A stretch of 33,425 bases of DNA from Myxococcota bacterium (GTDB taxonomy: Bacteria > Myxococcota_A > UBA796 > SXON01), in NCBI GenBank assembly GCA_040386535.1, contig JAZKFH010000002.1, positions 316,967-350,391 of the forward strand, given 5' to 3'. The position numbers and the translations under genes were made by a program. This document shows, in pieces, positions 25,321 to 33,425 of this stretch. The notes under the pieces are model-generated. The model was given only the letters and a program-made list of their open reading frames with translations. It was not told the DNA's origin and searched no databases. Positions within the stretch are counted from its first letter, which is position 1, and every line of letters begins with the position of its first letter.

Positions 25321-26103
25321 TCAGCGTCCTCGCCGGCAGTCGTCGCAGCCGACCGGCGCGTCGGGCGCTTGGTGCGCGGGCGCCGCCACCGGCGCGGGAG
25401 CCGGCTGGGGCGCCAGCTTCTGGAGGATGCGGTTCTTCACGAGCGGGTACAGCACCAGCGGCAGGATGCCGATGTTGTCCCCGGCGACCTTCTTCGCGGC
25501 CGCGTCGGACACGAGCTGCACGATGTACAGACCGGGGCTGATGGTCGTGACCATGGCGCGTTGGCCGGGCTTCGTCTGGATGCGCGCACCCTCCCCGAGC
25601 AGGACGGGCTGGTTCCACTTCGCGGCCAGGAGCTTGCCCGCGTCCTGCAGCAGGTTCCGCTTCGGGCGCCGGGGCTCGGCGCCGACGTAGCCGTCGAGCC
25701 AGTTGCCCTCGGTCTCCGGAGCGTTGGGGATCTCCTCGACCTCCTCTTCGGGCAACTCCGTCTCGCCGGGCTCGGCCTCGGGGATGTCCTCGAGGGCGGC
25801 GTCCATCTCGTCCTCACCGGGCTTGCGCGCGCCGCTCGCCTTCTTCGGCTTCCACCCGAGCGCCCGCAGGTCGCTCATCACTACGCGCAGGTTCAGCTTC
25901 TTCTGCTTGACCGCACCCTTCCAACCCAGCGGCTTGCGGATGCCGAGGTGCGCGATGCGGCGCTTGATGGCGCGGGCCCGGCGCAGCTTCGCGCGGATCC
26001 TGCCGTCCTTGGCGCCGCCGCGACGGCCTGCGCCGACCTCACCCGCAAAGTTGGGCTGGGAGAAGTCGACGACGCGGGCGCGGATGTAGCGAGACGAGGT
26101 CAT
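25321..26103 (-). CDS. Hypothetical protein with basic and acidic blocks (260 aa)
   Basis: ATG 26103 in ATGA overlap with the upstream stop; Arg/Lys block followed by a Glu-rich block. Confidence 0.75.
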   Translation of the reverse strand: MTSSRYIRARVVDFSQPNFAGEVGAGRRGGAKDGRIRAKLRRARAIKRRIAHLGIRKPLGWKGAVKQKKLNLRVVMSDLRALGWKPKKASGARKPGEDEMDAALEDIPEAEPGETELPEEEVEEIPNAPETEGNWLDGYVGAEPRRPKRNLLQDAGKLLAAKWNQPVLLGEGARIQTKPGQRAMVTTISPGLYIVQLVSDAAAKKVAGDNIGILPLVLYPLVKNRILQKLAPQPAPAPVAAPAHQAPDAPVGCDDCRRGR

Positions 26104-26669
26104 ACGGACTCCCGGCGCCGGGAACGACGCGCGTTTGGATGGCGGTGGGCGTCGGGCGCGCGACGGAGGCCGGCGAGGCGGACGCGGGTGACGATGCGCT
26201 CGTGGCACTGGCGGCCGTCGAGGCGCGCCTCGAGCATGCCGAGGCGGGCGGAGGGGTCGTCGAACCAGACGGTCCCGTCGACGAGGTAGCGGACGATGCA
26301 GTGGTAGAGGCCGTGCTCGCCAGGGCGCACGGAGGTGGTGAGCGCCACTTCAGCGCGGATTGACGTGAGGCCCGCCGCTTTCGCCGCCGCGTAGCCGGGA
26401 TCGCGGGGCGAGAGCGCCCTCCATCCCCGTGCGAGCAGCTCGCCCGCGCGAGCCGCCGCGAGCGCGTCACAGTCCTCCCAGCCCTGCGCGAGGAGCTGGA
26501 TGAAGTCGGACCAGGTCTCCTCCTCCTCTCGCCCATACACGACGCTCGTGCTGTAGAGCAGCGGCAACGTGGGCCGCTCGCGGAGCAGGCGCGCGTTGCA
26601 GCGCGCGAGCCAGTTGAGCAGGCTCACGGCGTCGCGTTCGTTGAAGGTGAGGGCGACCGTGATGTTCAC
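26100..26669 (-). CDS. Transglutaminase-like (papain-fold) Cys enzyme, candidate maturation protease
   Basis: EDCDALAA (Cys), LYHCIV (His), DDPSARLGM (Asp) in triad order. Confidence 0.7.
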   Translation of the reverse strand: MNITVALTFNERDAVSLLNWLARCNARLLRERPTLPLLYSTSVVYGREEEETWSDFIQLLAQGWEDCDALAAARAGELLARGWRALSPRDPGYAAAKAAGLTSIRAEVALTTSVRPGEHGLYHCIVRYLVDGTVWFDDPSARLGMLEARLDGRQCHERIVTRVRLAGLRRAPDAHRHPNARRSRRRESV

Positions 26670-26681
26670 GGAGAGCTCCGA

Positions 26682-27098
26682 TCAGGACGTAGAGAGTTGG
26701 AAGGGGCCGTTCGAGACGACGTCGACGGTGGCGTACACGTTTGGGGCGGTCGCGCCGCCGAGCGCGAGCCGCACGCGGATCCAGGGCAGGAGGACGGCGC
26801 CGTTGTTGTCGATGACCTCGCGGTACGTGCCGTCGGCCGTGCGGCTGATGCCGCTCCCGACGTCGATCCAGTTCGTCCCGTCGATCGAGCCCTGCAGGAA
26901 GAGCTGGGCGGTCGGGGAGGTGACACCGCCCGCGAACGTGAGCGACGTCACGAAGCGGAAGTCCTGGGAGTCGTCGGTCTGCAGATCGCTCTGCGCGGGA
27001 AGCAGCCGGTACGCAGCACCGTTGGTAGCAAGGGCAACTGGCGCGGTAGAGGGGATGTTCAGGAGCCGGGTCGTGACCTGGTTCGCGTAGCACTTCAT
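26682..27098 (-). CDS. Small beta-sandwich protein, candidate minor capsid/vertex protein
   Basis: LFLQGSIDGTNWIDV...LPWIRVRL pattern seen in small phage structural beta-sandwich proteins; fold is inferred. Confidence 0.65.
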   Translation of the reverse strand: MKCYANQVTTRLLNIPSTAPVALATNGAAYRLLPAQSDLQTDDSQDFRFVTSLTFAGGVTSPTAQLFLQGSIDGTNWIDVGSGISRTADGTYREVIDNNGAVLLPWIRVRLALGGATAPNVYATVDVVSNGPFQLSTS

Positions 27099-27107
27099 GG
27101 CACGGCC

Positions 27108-27737
27108 TCAGAGGTGAAGGAGAAAGACGACGCGGTACGCGAAGCTCCCCGCGGGGAGGACGCACCGCACGGTGGCGGCGTCCCCGATGGGGGCGCCTGG
27201 GAAGGGCTGTTTGTCCCCGGCGTACCGCCCGCGAGCGGTGCCGTTCACGTCGACGAGCTCGACGAAGGACGTGGAGAGAAGTGCGCTATCGGAGAGCTCC
27301 AGCCGGGCGAACTTCGCCCAGGGAGGCGGCACGACGGCCACGTTGCCCGCGCCCTCTTGGACGCGCGTTCCCCGGACCGTCCATTGGTTCTCGGTGTCAC
27401 ATTGCCCGTCGGCGATGGCGGCCACGGCGCTGATGTTGGTTGAGGTCGAGAGGTTCGACCCGAACACCTGCAGCATCGTCGCGTGGACGCACACCCGGGT
27501 ACAACGTGGCACGTCGAGGAGCGCCGACCGCTGCGCACCGCCGCCGCCGGACCAGACAAGCCGCGCCTCCCAGGGCGTGCCCTCATCCGACCAGAGGTCG
27601 ACGATGCGCCAGTCGCCGTCGCCCTGCCCGAGCGAGTGGGCCGTGAGCACCTCCACCTCGGCCCCGCCCGCGCCGGCAACCAGCGAAGCGGGGAGCTTCG
27701 CGTTGCCGGAGCGGCGGGAGAGCTTGCAGGTACCCAC
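27108..27737 (-). CDS. Beta-rich hypothetical protein (209 aa), candidate structural protein
   Basis: GTG start after a G-rich RBS; Val/Thr/Gly-rich alternating strands. Confidence 0.7.
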   Translation of the reverse strand: MGTCKLSRRSGNAKLPASLVAGAGGAEVEVLTAHSLGQGDGDWRIVDLWSDEGTPWEARLVWSGGGGAQRSALLDVPRCTRVCVHATMLQVFGSNLSTSTNISAVAAIADGQCDTENQWTVRGTRVQEGAGNVAVVPPPWAKFARLELSDSALLSTSFVELVDVNGTARGRYAGDKQPFPGAPIGDAATVRCVLPAGSFAYRVVFLLHL

Positions 27738-27751
27738 GACTCACCCCCCGA

Positions 27752-28477
27752 TCAGCAGCTCGGGTTCTTGACGCGCGCCTTGCCGTAGAAGCTGAGCTTC
27801 AGGGCCGCGGTGGTCGAGCCCGCCGAGTAGTTGATGGTGACCGGTACGCCGGCCCGGAGCACGCGGCCGCCGAACGACGGCCCGTGGTACGCGGTGGGCG
27901 AGATCAGCGCCGCGTCGAGGTTGTCGAGCACCACCGGGTCGTCGCCCGAGATGATGGTGTTGATGGTCGCGGCGGTGTCACCCGTGGCGAAGATCTTCGA
28001 CAGGTGGAGGCTGGTGCGCGGGGTGAGCGTCATGCTCATCGCCTGGCCGACCGAGGTGGCGACCGAGCCGGTGACGGTGACGTTGCGCTCCACGACCTTC
28101 CCCTTCTTCGCCTTCTTCAGGCGGCCCTCGAGCTGCTTGTTCCTGCGCGCGAGACGGCTGGCGCGGCGGCTCCCCGGGCGCACGCGGCGGCGCCGCTTCC
28201 GGGCCGCGCCCACGTCGTCGCCGAGGTCGTCGTCGCCGAGATCGTCGTCGCCGAGATCGTCGTCGCCGAGATCGTCGTCGCCGAGATCGTCGTCGCCGAG
28301 GTCATCGTCGCCGAAGTCGTCGTCGCCGAAGTCGTCGTCGCCGAAGTCGTCGTCACCATCGAAGTCGGCACCGAACGACGGGTCGCCGGAGACGCGCATC
28401 GAGGCGCGGAGGGAGGTGCGGTCGACGAGGCATTCCCCGTCGGCGGTGAAGGTCACGAGGGCCCAGATGGGTGCCAT
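27752..28477 (-). CDS. Candidate capsid protein: acidic DDD[FL]G repeat, basic arm, ~110-aa beta-rich (single jelly-roll-like) domain
   Basis: Start ATG 28477 (MAPIWALV...) after AAGGA; domain order read directly; capsid role is inference. Confidence 0.6.
   Translation of the reverse strand: MAPIWALVTFTADGECLVDRTSLRASMRVSGDPSFGADFDGDDDFGDDDFGDDDFGDDDLGDDDLGDDDLGDDDLGDDDLGDDDLGDDVGAARKRRRRVRPGSRRASRLARRNKQLEGRLKKAKKGKVVERNVTVTGSVATSVGQAMSMTLTPRTSLHLSKIFATGDTAATINTIISGDDPVVLDNLDAALISPTAYHGPSFGGRVLRAGVPVTINYSAGSTTAALKLSFYGKARVKNPSC
28208..28354 (-). repeat. Coding 15-bp tandem repeat: (DDDFG)3(DDDLG)6 DDVG
   Basis: Nine 15-nt units at 28220-28354 plus a 12-nt unit at 28208-28219, with synonymous variation. 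Confidence 0.95.
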
Positions 28478-28530
28478 GTTGGTGTTCCTTGGGTGGGAGA
28501 TTCGGAAGCGGAGTTGGAGGGGGTGGGAGA

Positions 28531-29142
28531 TCAGGCGCGGGCGCGGATGAAGCGGTCGGAGCGCGCCTCGCGGCGGCGGTGGCGCCCGGCGACGTCCTCG
28601 CCCTCGGTGCCCGGCGTCATGCGGACCATGCGGGCGATCTCGCCGATGTCGTCGCCTTTGAGCTGCGCCGGGGCGGGCGCGGCGGCGGGGGCAGGAGCGG
28701 CGGCCGGGACCTGCGCGGGCGGACTCGAGGCGGCGCCCTTCTTCTCGGCGAGCGCCTTGCCGGCGCTGCGGCCGATGCGCCCGATGCCGGTTGCGAGGAG
28801 GCCGTTCCCGATGGCGAGCGCGTGGCTTCCGCCCTTGCCCGTCATCGTCTTGTAGAGGCCGTAGCCGCCCACGATGAGACCGCCGCCGAGCCGCAGATCG
28901 ACTGGGCCGACGTCCATCTTCTCCTCGCCGAAGTACCCCTCGGCGAACGAGGCTGCGAACACGGTGCCCTGCGTCTCCGCGGTGGCGATCACGGCGTCCG
29001 CGAGCGTCTCCGACATCTCCTTCGCCTTGGTGATGCGCCCGCCCATGCTCTTGAGCTTGTCGAGCGCTTCGGACAGGACGCCGGTCTTCTTGCTGTCGGG
29101 AACCTTCTCGCCTGCGACGGCCTTGGACAGAGCGGTGCTCAT
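28531..29142 (-). CDS. Putative membrane protein (203 aa), first gene of the putative virion operon
   Basis: ATG 29142 after AGGA; Gly-rich hydrophobic segments LRLGGGLIVGGYGLY and ALAIGNGLLATGIG. Confidence 0.75.
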   Translation of the reverse strand: MSTALSKAVAGEKVPDSKKTGVLSEALDKLKSMGGRITKAKEMSETLADAVIATAETQGTVFAASFAEGYFGEEKMDVGPVDLRLGGGLIVGGYGLYKTMTGKGGSHALAIGNGLLATGIGRIGRSAGKALAEKKGAASSPPAQVPAAAPAPAAAPAPAQLKGDDIGEIARMVRMTPGTEGEDVAGRHRRREARSDRFIRARA

Positions 29143-29254
29143 AGGGGTGACTTCCTGGGGGATGGACCGGCGGGCCGGTCGGGAGTTGGGAGCCGGGAAG
29201 GCCCCGGCGACACAATCCACTATGAACGCCAAGCCGGCGTTGGAAGGGAGTTCC

Positions 29255-29535
29255 GCCTACCACCTCCTACAGCGGAGATCTGCGCCCCGCGCTGCAAGTA
29301 CGGGGTCGGGCGTGGTTGGCGTTCCGGTCGGCGTTGTAGACGCCGCGCGCCACGCTGTAGGCAACCGGCGGGCCGCTGTTGATGGCGCCTGAAATGTTGC
29401 AAGCGAGCGGCCATCGTGTGGTTGGCGGCAGCCGGCTGGGTGGTTGGCGATCTCCAACCTGCTGAAACCCCCGTGGTAAGGAATGTGCCTCGCGCTGTAG
29501 GCTCGCCGCTCTTGGCGCTGTAGGAGGTGGTAAGC
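29255..29535. promoter_or_regulatory. Divergent intergenic control region bounded by a 20-bp inverted repeat, with internal CGCTGTAGG repeats
   Basis: GCCTACCACCTCCTACAGCG (29255-29274) vs CGCTGTAGGAGGTGGTAAGC (29516-29535), 19/20 complementary; CGCTGTAGG also at 29353 and 29493. Confidence 0.7.
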
Positions 29536-29617
29536 AGTATTCAGGCCCCTTTTTGGGCCCCTGAGATAGGGTTTCGGCATGGTTGGCATGGTTGCCGCCA
29601 CACCGGGACGGAATCTG

Positions 29618-30625
29618 ATGCCACCCCTCTCCTTCGACGCCCTCGAGCCCATCGAAAAGCGCATCCGCCAGGTGCGCGCCGACATTGGCTACATCACCCT
29701 CTCCGAGGTGGTCGACCGGGTGAAGTCGGAGAACCTCGGACGCATCGACTTCACCGAGACCGATCTGGCGCCCTACGCCTTCGACCCCGAGCCCCCGGAG
29801 TTCGAGGAGGCCGGCATCCTGGGCGACCTCGGCGACGCCGCGCTCCCCGGCGACGAAGCCCTGCGCCTCGCCGAAGCCGCTTGTCGCTGGGTCCGTGAGA
29901 CGGTGACCAACAACATGCACGGCCAGGAAGAGGGCCGTTTCCGCATCTTCGTGTGGAGGCCCAAGGGCGAGCAGGTGCTCTTCACCGCCCGCTTCGGCTG
30001 CACCGACCCGAACTACAACCCCGAGGCTGCCCGCGCTCCCCAAGCGCTCACGCTCGTCACGACCGCCGAGCTCGCGCCCACTGTGAAGTCGCCGGTGCTC
30101 ACGGCGGCGCTCGCGGACGTACCGGAGGCGCGGGTGTGGAGCGCGCTCGGCAACGGGTACACCCAGTTCATCGAGCTCGCGCAGCGGACCTACGCGCATC
30201 TCGCCACGCTTCAGAACACCACCATCCAGAACCAGAACACGCAGGTGCTGAGGCTTCAGAAGGTGGTGGAGGAGCTGGTCGGCGAGCACATCAAGATGCG
30301 GGCCGGGATCCTCGAGGCCGACGGCACGCGCCGCACCGAGGGTGAGGAGAGCCGCGTGCGCGAGGAGCTCGGCAAGCAGTTCATCACCGAGATCGGCACC
30401 TTCGGGCGCGTCGTCGCCGCCGCGAAGTTCGGCATGGCACCCGAGCTGGTGGAGCTCGCCGAGATGGTCAACGCCTCGCCGGAGCTCATGGAGGCCATGA
30501 AGGCCCCCGAGGTCCGGAAGATGCTCCGCGATGAGAAGACTCGGAAGGAGCTCGCCGAGCTGCTCATGATGGCCGCTCGTTCTGCCGCCCCCACCCCGCC
30601 GCCGGACCAGTCCGCCGCGGCCTGA
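29618..30625 (+). CDS. Hypothetical protein with C-terminal coiled coil (start 29579-29618 uncertain)
   Basis: Protein-like composition; first gene of a rightward operon. Confidence 0.8.
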   Translation: MPPLSFDALEPIEKRIRQVRADIGYITLSEVVDRVKSENLGRIDFTETDLAPYAFDPEPPEFEEAGILGDLGDAALPGDEALRLAEAACRWVRETVTNNMHGQEEGRFRIFVWRPKGEQVLFTARFGCTDPNYNPEAARAPQALTLVTTAELAPTVKSPVLTAALADVPEARVWSALGNGYTQFIELAQRTYAHLATLQNTTIQNQNTQVLRLQKVVEELVGEHIKMRAGILEADGTRRTEGEESRVREELGKQFITEIGTFGRVVAAAKFGMAPELVELAEMVNASPELMEAMKAPEVRKMLRDEKTRKELAELLMMAARSAAPTPPPDQSAAA

Positions 30626-30660
30626 CGACCCCCGTTCACGTTCACAACAAGGAGGCTCCC

Positions 30661-31215
30661 ATGTCGGAGACCGCTACCCGTCTGCCCCGCGCCCGCACAA
30701 CCCAACCCAAGAAGCCCGTGTGGGCCGAGGTGCTCGACACCTTCTACGCGAACAGCTTCGACGCCTCGTCCAGCGAGGCGCTCACGGACTGTGCCGACGC
30801 CTTCGCGGAGTTGTCGGACACCGATCGCGCCTTCCACCAGGCGCACCTGACCTACCGGCAAACCCAGGCGCTCGGGGACATCTACGGATGCCTCCGCCGC
30901 ATCGAAGCCGGGCTTCCCGACCCGAAGGCGGTCACGGCGCTCCAGCACCTTCCCGGGATCCGCAAGGCGCTCGTGGTGATCGCGAAGGGGCAGGAGGAGA
31001 TGCTCGAGTTGCTCGAGGCGGGTGGCGGACAGGGTGTGTCGGGTGACCGCGAGGAGGAGGACGACGACGAGGACGAAGAACAGAGCGACCTCTCCGACGC
31101 GGTCGACCTCGACGAGGTCGAGGAGGAGGACCACGGGAACGGCGACGGTGAGGTCATCGTGCCGGAGGTCCTGCCGGCGGGGACGCATCGGGCGGCCGCG
31201 GGAGGTGCGCCGTGA
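30661..31215 (+). CDS. Hypothetical protein with acidic C-terminal tail
   Basis: AAGGAGG RBS; helical N-terminal half, D/E-rich tail. Confidence 0.85.
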   Translation: MSETATRLPRARTTQPKKPVWAEVLDTFYANSFDASSSEALTDCADAFAELSDTDRAFHQAHLTYRQTQALGDIYGCLRRIEAGLPDPKAVTALQHLPGIRKALVVIAKGQEEMLELLEAGGGQGVSGDREEEDDDEDEEQSDLSDAVDLDEVEEEDHGNGDGEVIVPEVLPAGTHRAAAGGAP

Positions 31216-31700
31216 ACCCGGCGCTCGCACAGGACCCGGACGCGCTCCGGGTCAACCTCACGGCGCCGAGCACGGCGGTGCGCCTGGGGCCGTTCTCGTT
31301 CGACGGGCTGAAGGCGCTCGTCGGGATGGACCTCGCGGACGCGCTGGCACCCCTGATGATCGGGCCGCGGTTCCAACAGCCTGGCCCGAGCGGGGTGGTG
31401 GACGTGTACCCGCTCGCGATCCCCGACGGGGAGGGACTCACGATCCCGATCAAGCTCATGGGCGAGGTCGGATTCTACAACCTTCGGTCCCTGCTCGTCC
31501 TCGTGGTGCCGCCCGCGGTCGTTGACGTCGTCGGCGCCCAGCTGGCCGCGGAGATCGCCGACGGGCAGGCGCTCGGGCCGCGGTTCCGCACGGGGACGAG
31601 CGGCGGGAGCGTCGCGGAGTTTGCCCTGCGGCTGCGACCGGGGATGCGGAAGGCGGTGCCGCTGGGACGGTTCGGAGAGCTGGGCGTGGAGGCGGCGTGA
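31212..31700 (+). CDS. Hypothetical protein
   Basis: GTGA overlap with the upstream stop and GGAGG RBS. Confidence 0.8.
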   Translation: MNPALAQDPDALRVNLTAPSTAVRLGPFSFDGLKALVGMDLADALAPLMIGPRFQQPGPSGVVDVYPLAIPDGEGLTIPIKLMGEVGFYNLRSLLVLVVPPAVVDVVGAQLAAEIADGQALGPRFRTGTSGGSVAEFALRLRPGMRKAVPLGRFGELGVEAA

Positions 31701-31740
31701 CGTGCGCTGCGGCGGTTCCTGACCGATACTTGGAGGTCTA

Positions 31741-32616
31741 ATGACAGCATCCCAGGCCGAACGGCTCACTGTCAGTATCCCCGGCGGCCTCGAGCTCGAC
31801 ATGGGCTCGTTGCGCGTCGCGCCCGAGGCCCGGGCCATCGAGCCGCCCGAGGTCTCGCTCTACGACCAGGTCGTCGCGTTCCTCGACGTGCGGCCGCCTG
31901 CCCTTCCGTGGAAGCCGCGAGAATTCCGCCGGCTCACGGGCGCGGCCACCGCGCTCGTGTGCGTCCGGTGGAGCAGCTGGCTCGCGCTGCTCGCCGACCC
32001 CGAGCGTCCGCTCTGGCACCACGCCGGGGATCCAGACGTGAGCGCCATCGCGGATCCGGAGATGGCGCGGATCAACATCGAGGCGTCCTACGCGCTGGAG
32101 TGCTGGGTGGACCTCTTCCGGAGCGACCGCTCGCGCTGGGAGCAGCTCGCGGCGAAGGCGCTCGTGCATCTCCCTCCGGCTGGCCGGATTCCGCCTGCCG
32201 CCCGGGTCTCACCGCTCCTGATCGTGGCCCATCCCGGCGTCCCAGCGCTCGTCGCTAGTTGGCCCGAGGAAGGCCGGGCACGAGGAGCGGCGCAGGCGTT
32301 GGCGAACCCGACGCGCGTGTTCGCCAACGCGGCCGTCCTCGTCGGCTACCGGAACGGGCCGGTCGAGGACGTCCACGGCGGCCAGGACGAGAGCCTCCCA
32401 CTGACGCACAGGCGGGTGGCGCCGGCCGATGAACGCGCGATCGTCGCGTCGGCCGCGGCCGAACTCGCCGTAGCGATGGGCGTGGTCGACGTGCTCGGGA
32501 CGACCGGCGCGCCCTGGAACGATGCGGTGATGCCGTTCGCCCTCCCGTTCCCCCCGTGGTCCGAGGCGACCCGCTGGTCCACGACGGAGCGGTCGCGGAG
32601 GGTCGTGCTGAGCTAG
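31741..32616 (+). CDS. Hypothetical protein
   Basis: GGAGG RBS; 291 aa; RNGPVEDVH looks like a conserved motif but no family recognised. Confidence 0.75.
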   Translation: MTASQAERLTVSIPGGLELDMGSLRVAPEARAIEPPEVSLYDQVVAFLDVRPPALPWKPREFRRLTGAATALVCVRWSSWLALLADPERPLWHHAGDPDVSAIADPEMARINIEASYALECWVDLFRSDRSRWEQLAAKALVHLPPAGRIPPAARVSPLLIVAHPGVPALVASWPEEGRARGAAQALANPTRVFANAAVLVGYRNGPVEDVHGGQDESLPLTHRRVAPADERAIVASAAAELAVAMGVVDVLGTTGAPWNDAVMPFALPFPPWSEATRWSTTERSRRVVLS

Positions 32617-32886
32617 TAAAAGCTCAACCGGGACAGCGCCGACGGCCTACCGCCCTTCTCTGCCTGCTGCGGTGGAACGGCTCGCTTGAGCCTTACCGAG
32701 CCTGCGACGCGCCGGCCGCCTGCTCGGGGCCGAGGCCTCGTTCGCCACGCTGGTCGAGCAGAGCTCGAGGCCGACTTCGGCCGAAGCGATTCGCGCCCGT
32801 GCCACAGCCAGTGGAAAAAGCCGCGCGATGCGCGGCTGCTGCCGAGGCCGAGGACGCCGCGTTCACGGTCGCGCGCGTGCGGTCGC

Positions 32887-33015
32887 GGCGGGGAAGACAA
32901 AGAGAGAGAAGAAATTGAGATGAGGGAAGGAAGAGGAGGCATGCGATGCATGCCTAGTGCAACGGCCTCTTACTCCTCCTTCAACCTCTCACTTTCATCT
33001 CTGTCTTTACCCGCC
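32887..33015. repeat. Long imperfect palindrome with a purine arm and a pyrimidine arm
   Basis: Centre AGGCATGC-GAT-GCATGCCT (32937-32955); outer blocks GGCGGG..AAGACA, GAAATTGAGA, GAAGGAAGAG match the reverse complement of the right arm. Confidence 0.75.
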
Positions 33016-33089
33016 GTTTCGCAATCAAAAAACCATTTATCGGTCAGAGGCGGGCTGTCAAGGTAAATCTTTGTAAAAGGAAGTTCGAT

Positions 33090-33341
33090 ATGGATATTGT
33101 CTTAGTAGCTGCTGCAATTTTCATTGCCGCCCTCGCCGTGGACCCGACATGGACCGGTGTCTCCCTCCAGTTTGCCGGCATCAAGATGTTGGTACGGCGA
33201 GACCGAATAGGAGCATGCGGACGCGCCTACCGATGTGCCCATCACGTCCGGTCCCGTCTCTGCTCGTGCCAGGTTCCAGGCGACAACGGTCATCCTCACC
33301 CCGTTTCCGAGGAGGTACCCCCAAGCACCAGGGCCCCATAG
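33090..33341 (+). CDS. Possible small membrane protein
   Basis: AAGGA upstream and a hydrophobic N-terminus; C-terminal half unconvincing. Confidence 0.3.
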   Translation: MDIVLVAAAIFIAALAVDPTWTGVSLQFAGIKMLVRRDRIGACGRAYRCAHHVRSRLCSCQVPGDNGHPHPVSEEVPPSTRAP

Positions 33342-33425
33342 GGGCCCCTTGCCGAAGAGTACAACGGGGCCTCAGGGCTGAGGTTTAGCCACTTCGGCTC
33401 ATTCCTCAGGTTCTCCGATCCCTTC

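Noticed and set aside
22906..26289. ORFs 22906..24021, 23901..25541, 25195..26289 and the long form of 22912..25047
   Set aside because: Overlap better-supported coupled minus-strand genes; only the last 89 codons of 22912..25047 look real.
28208..28354. Tandem repeat as a CRISPR array
   Set aside because: Units are contiguous 15-mers with no spacers and vary as codons; it is a coding repeat.
22912..29142. Tailed-phage (HK97-type) head and tail module
   Set aside because: No terminase, portal, tape-measure or tail motifs recognised.
32613..33066. ORFs 32613..32951 and 32686..33066
   Set aside because: Low-complexity translations of the palindromic non-coding region.

Overview
GC-rich bacterial window with two nested mobile layers. 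The outer layer (~2.2-32.6 kb, ends not visible) is a mostly minus-strand, virus-like element. It has a cluster of small beta-rich and membrane proteins with a transglutaminase-like Cys-His-Asp enzyme (22.9-29.1 kb), a lower-GC island of defence-like genes (HEPN-like, PD-(D/E)xK-like), a DarB-like N6-methyltransferase/SNF2 helicase, a lysozyme-like hydrolase, a C5 DNA methyltransferase and a GHKL ATPase-HEXXH fusion. The inner layer is a 7,383-bp element with a large serine recombinase, a CI/Cro-like switch, ParA/ParG-like genes and three cargo genes. It is inserted between GTGG cores (12531-12534 and 19914-19917) inside the DarB-like gene. Excision by hand restores a 1,723-aa in-frame ORF (...ERGLIH|EFYTP...), creates a dyad-symmetric attP and swaps the recombinase C-terminus (639 vs 564 aa). 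The inner element carries a probable homologue of one outer structural gene, suggesting a satellite. The DarB-like N-terminus and the GHKL C-terminus share a 37-aa motif (17 identities). All product calls come from motif recognition by eye; no searches were run.
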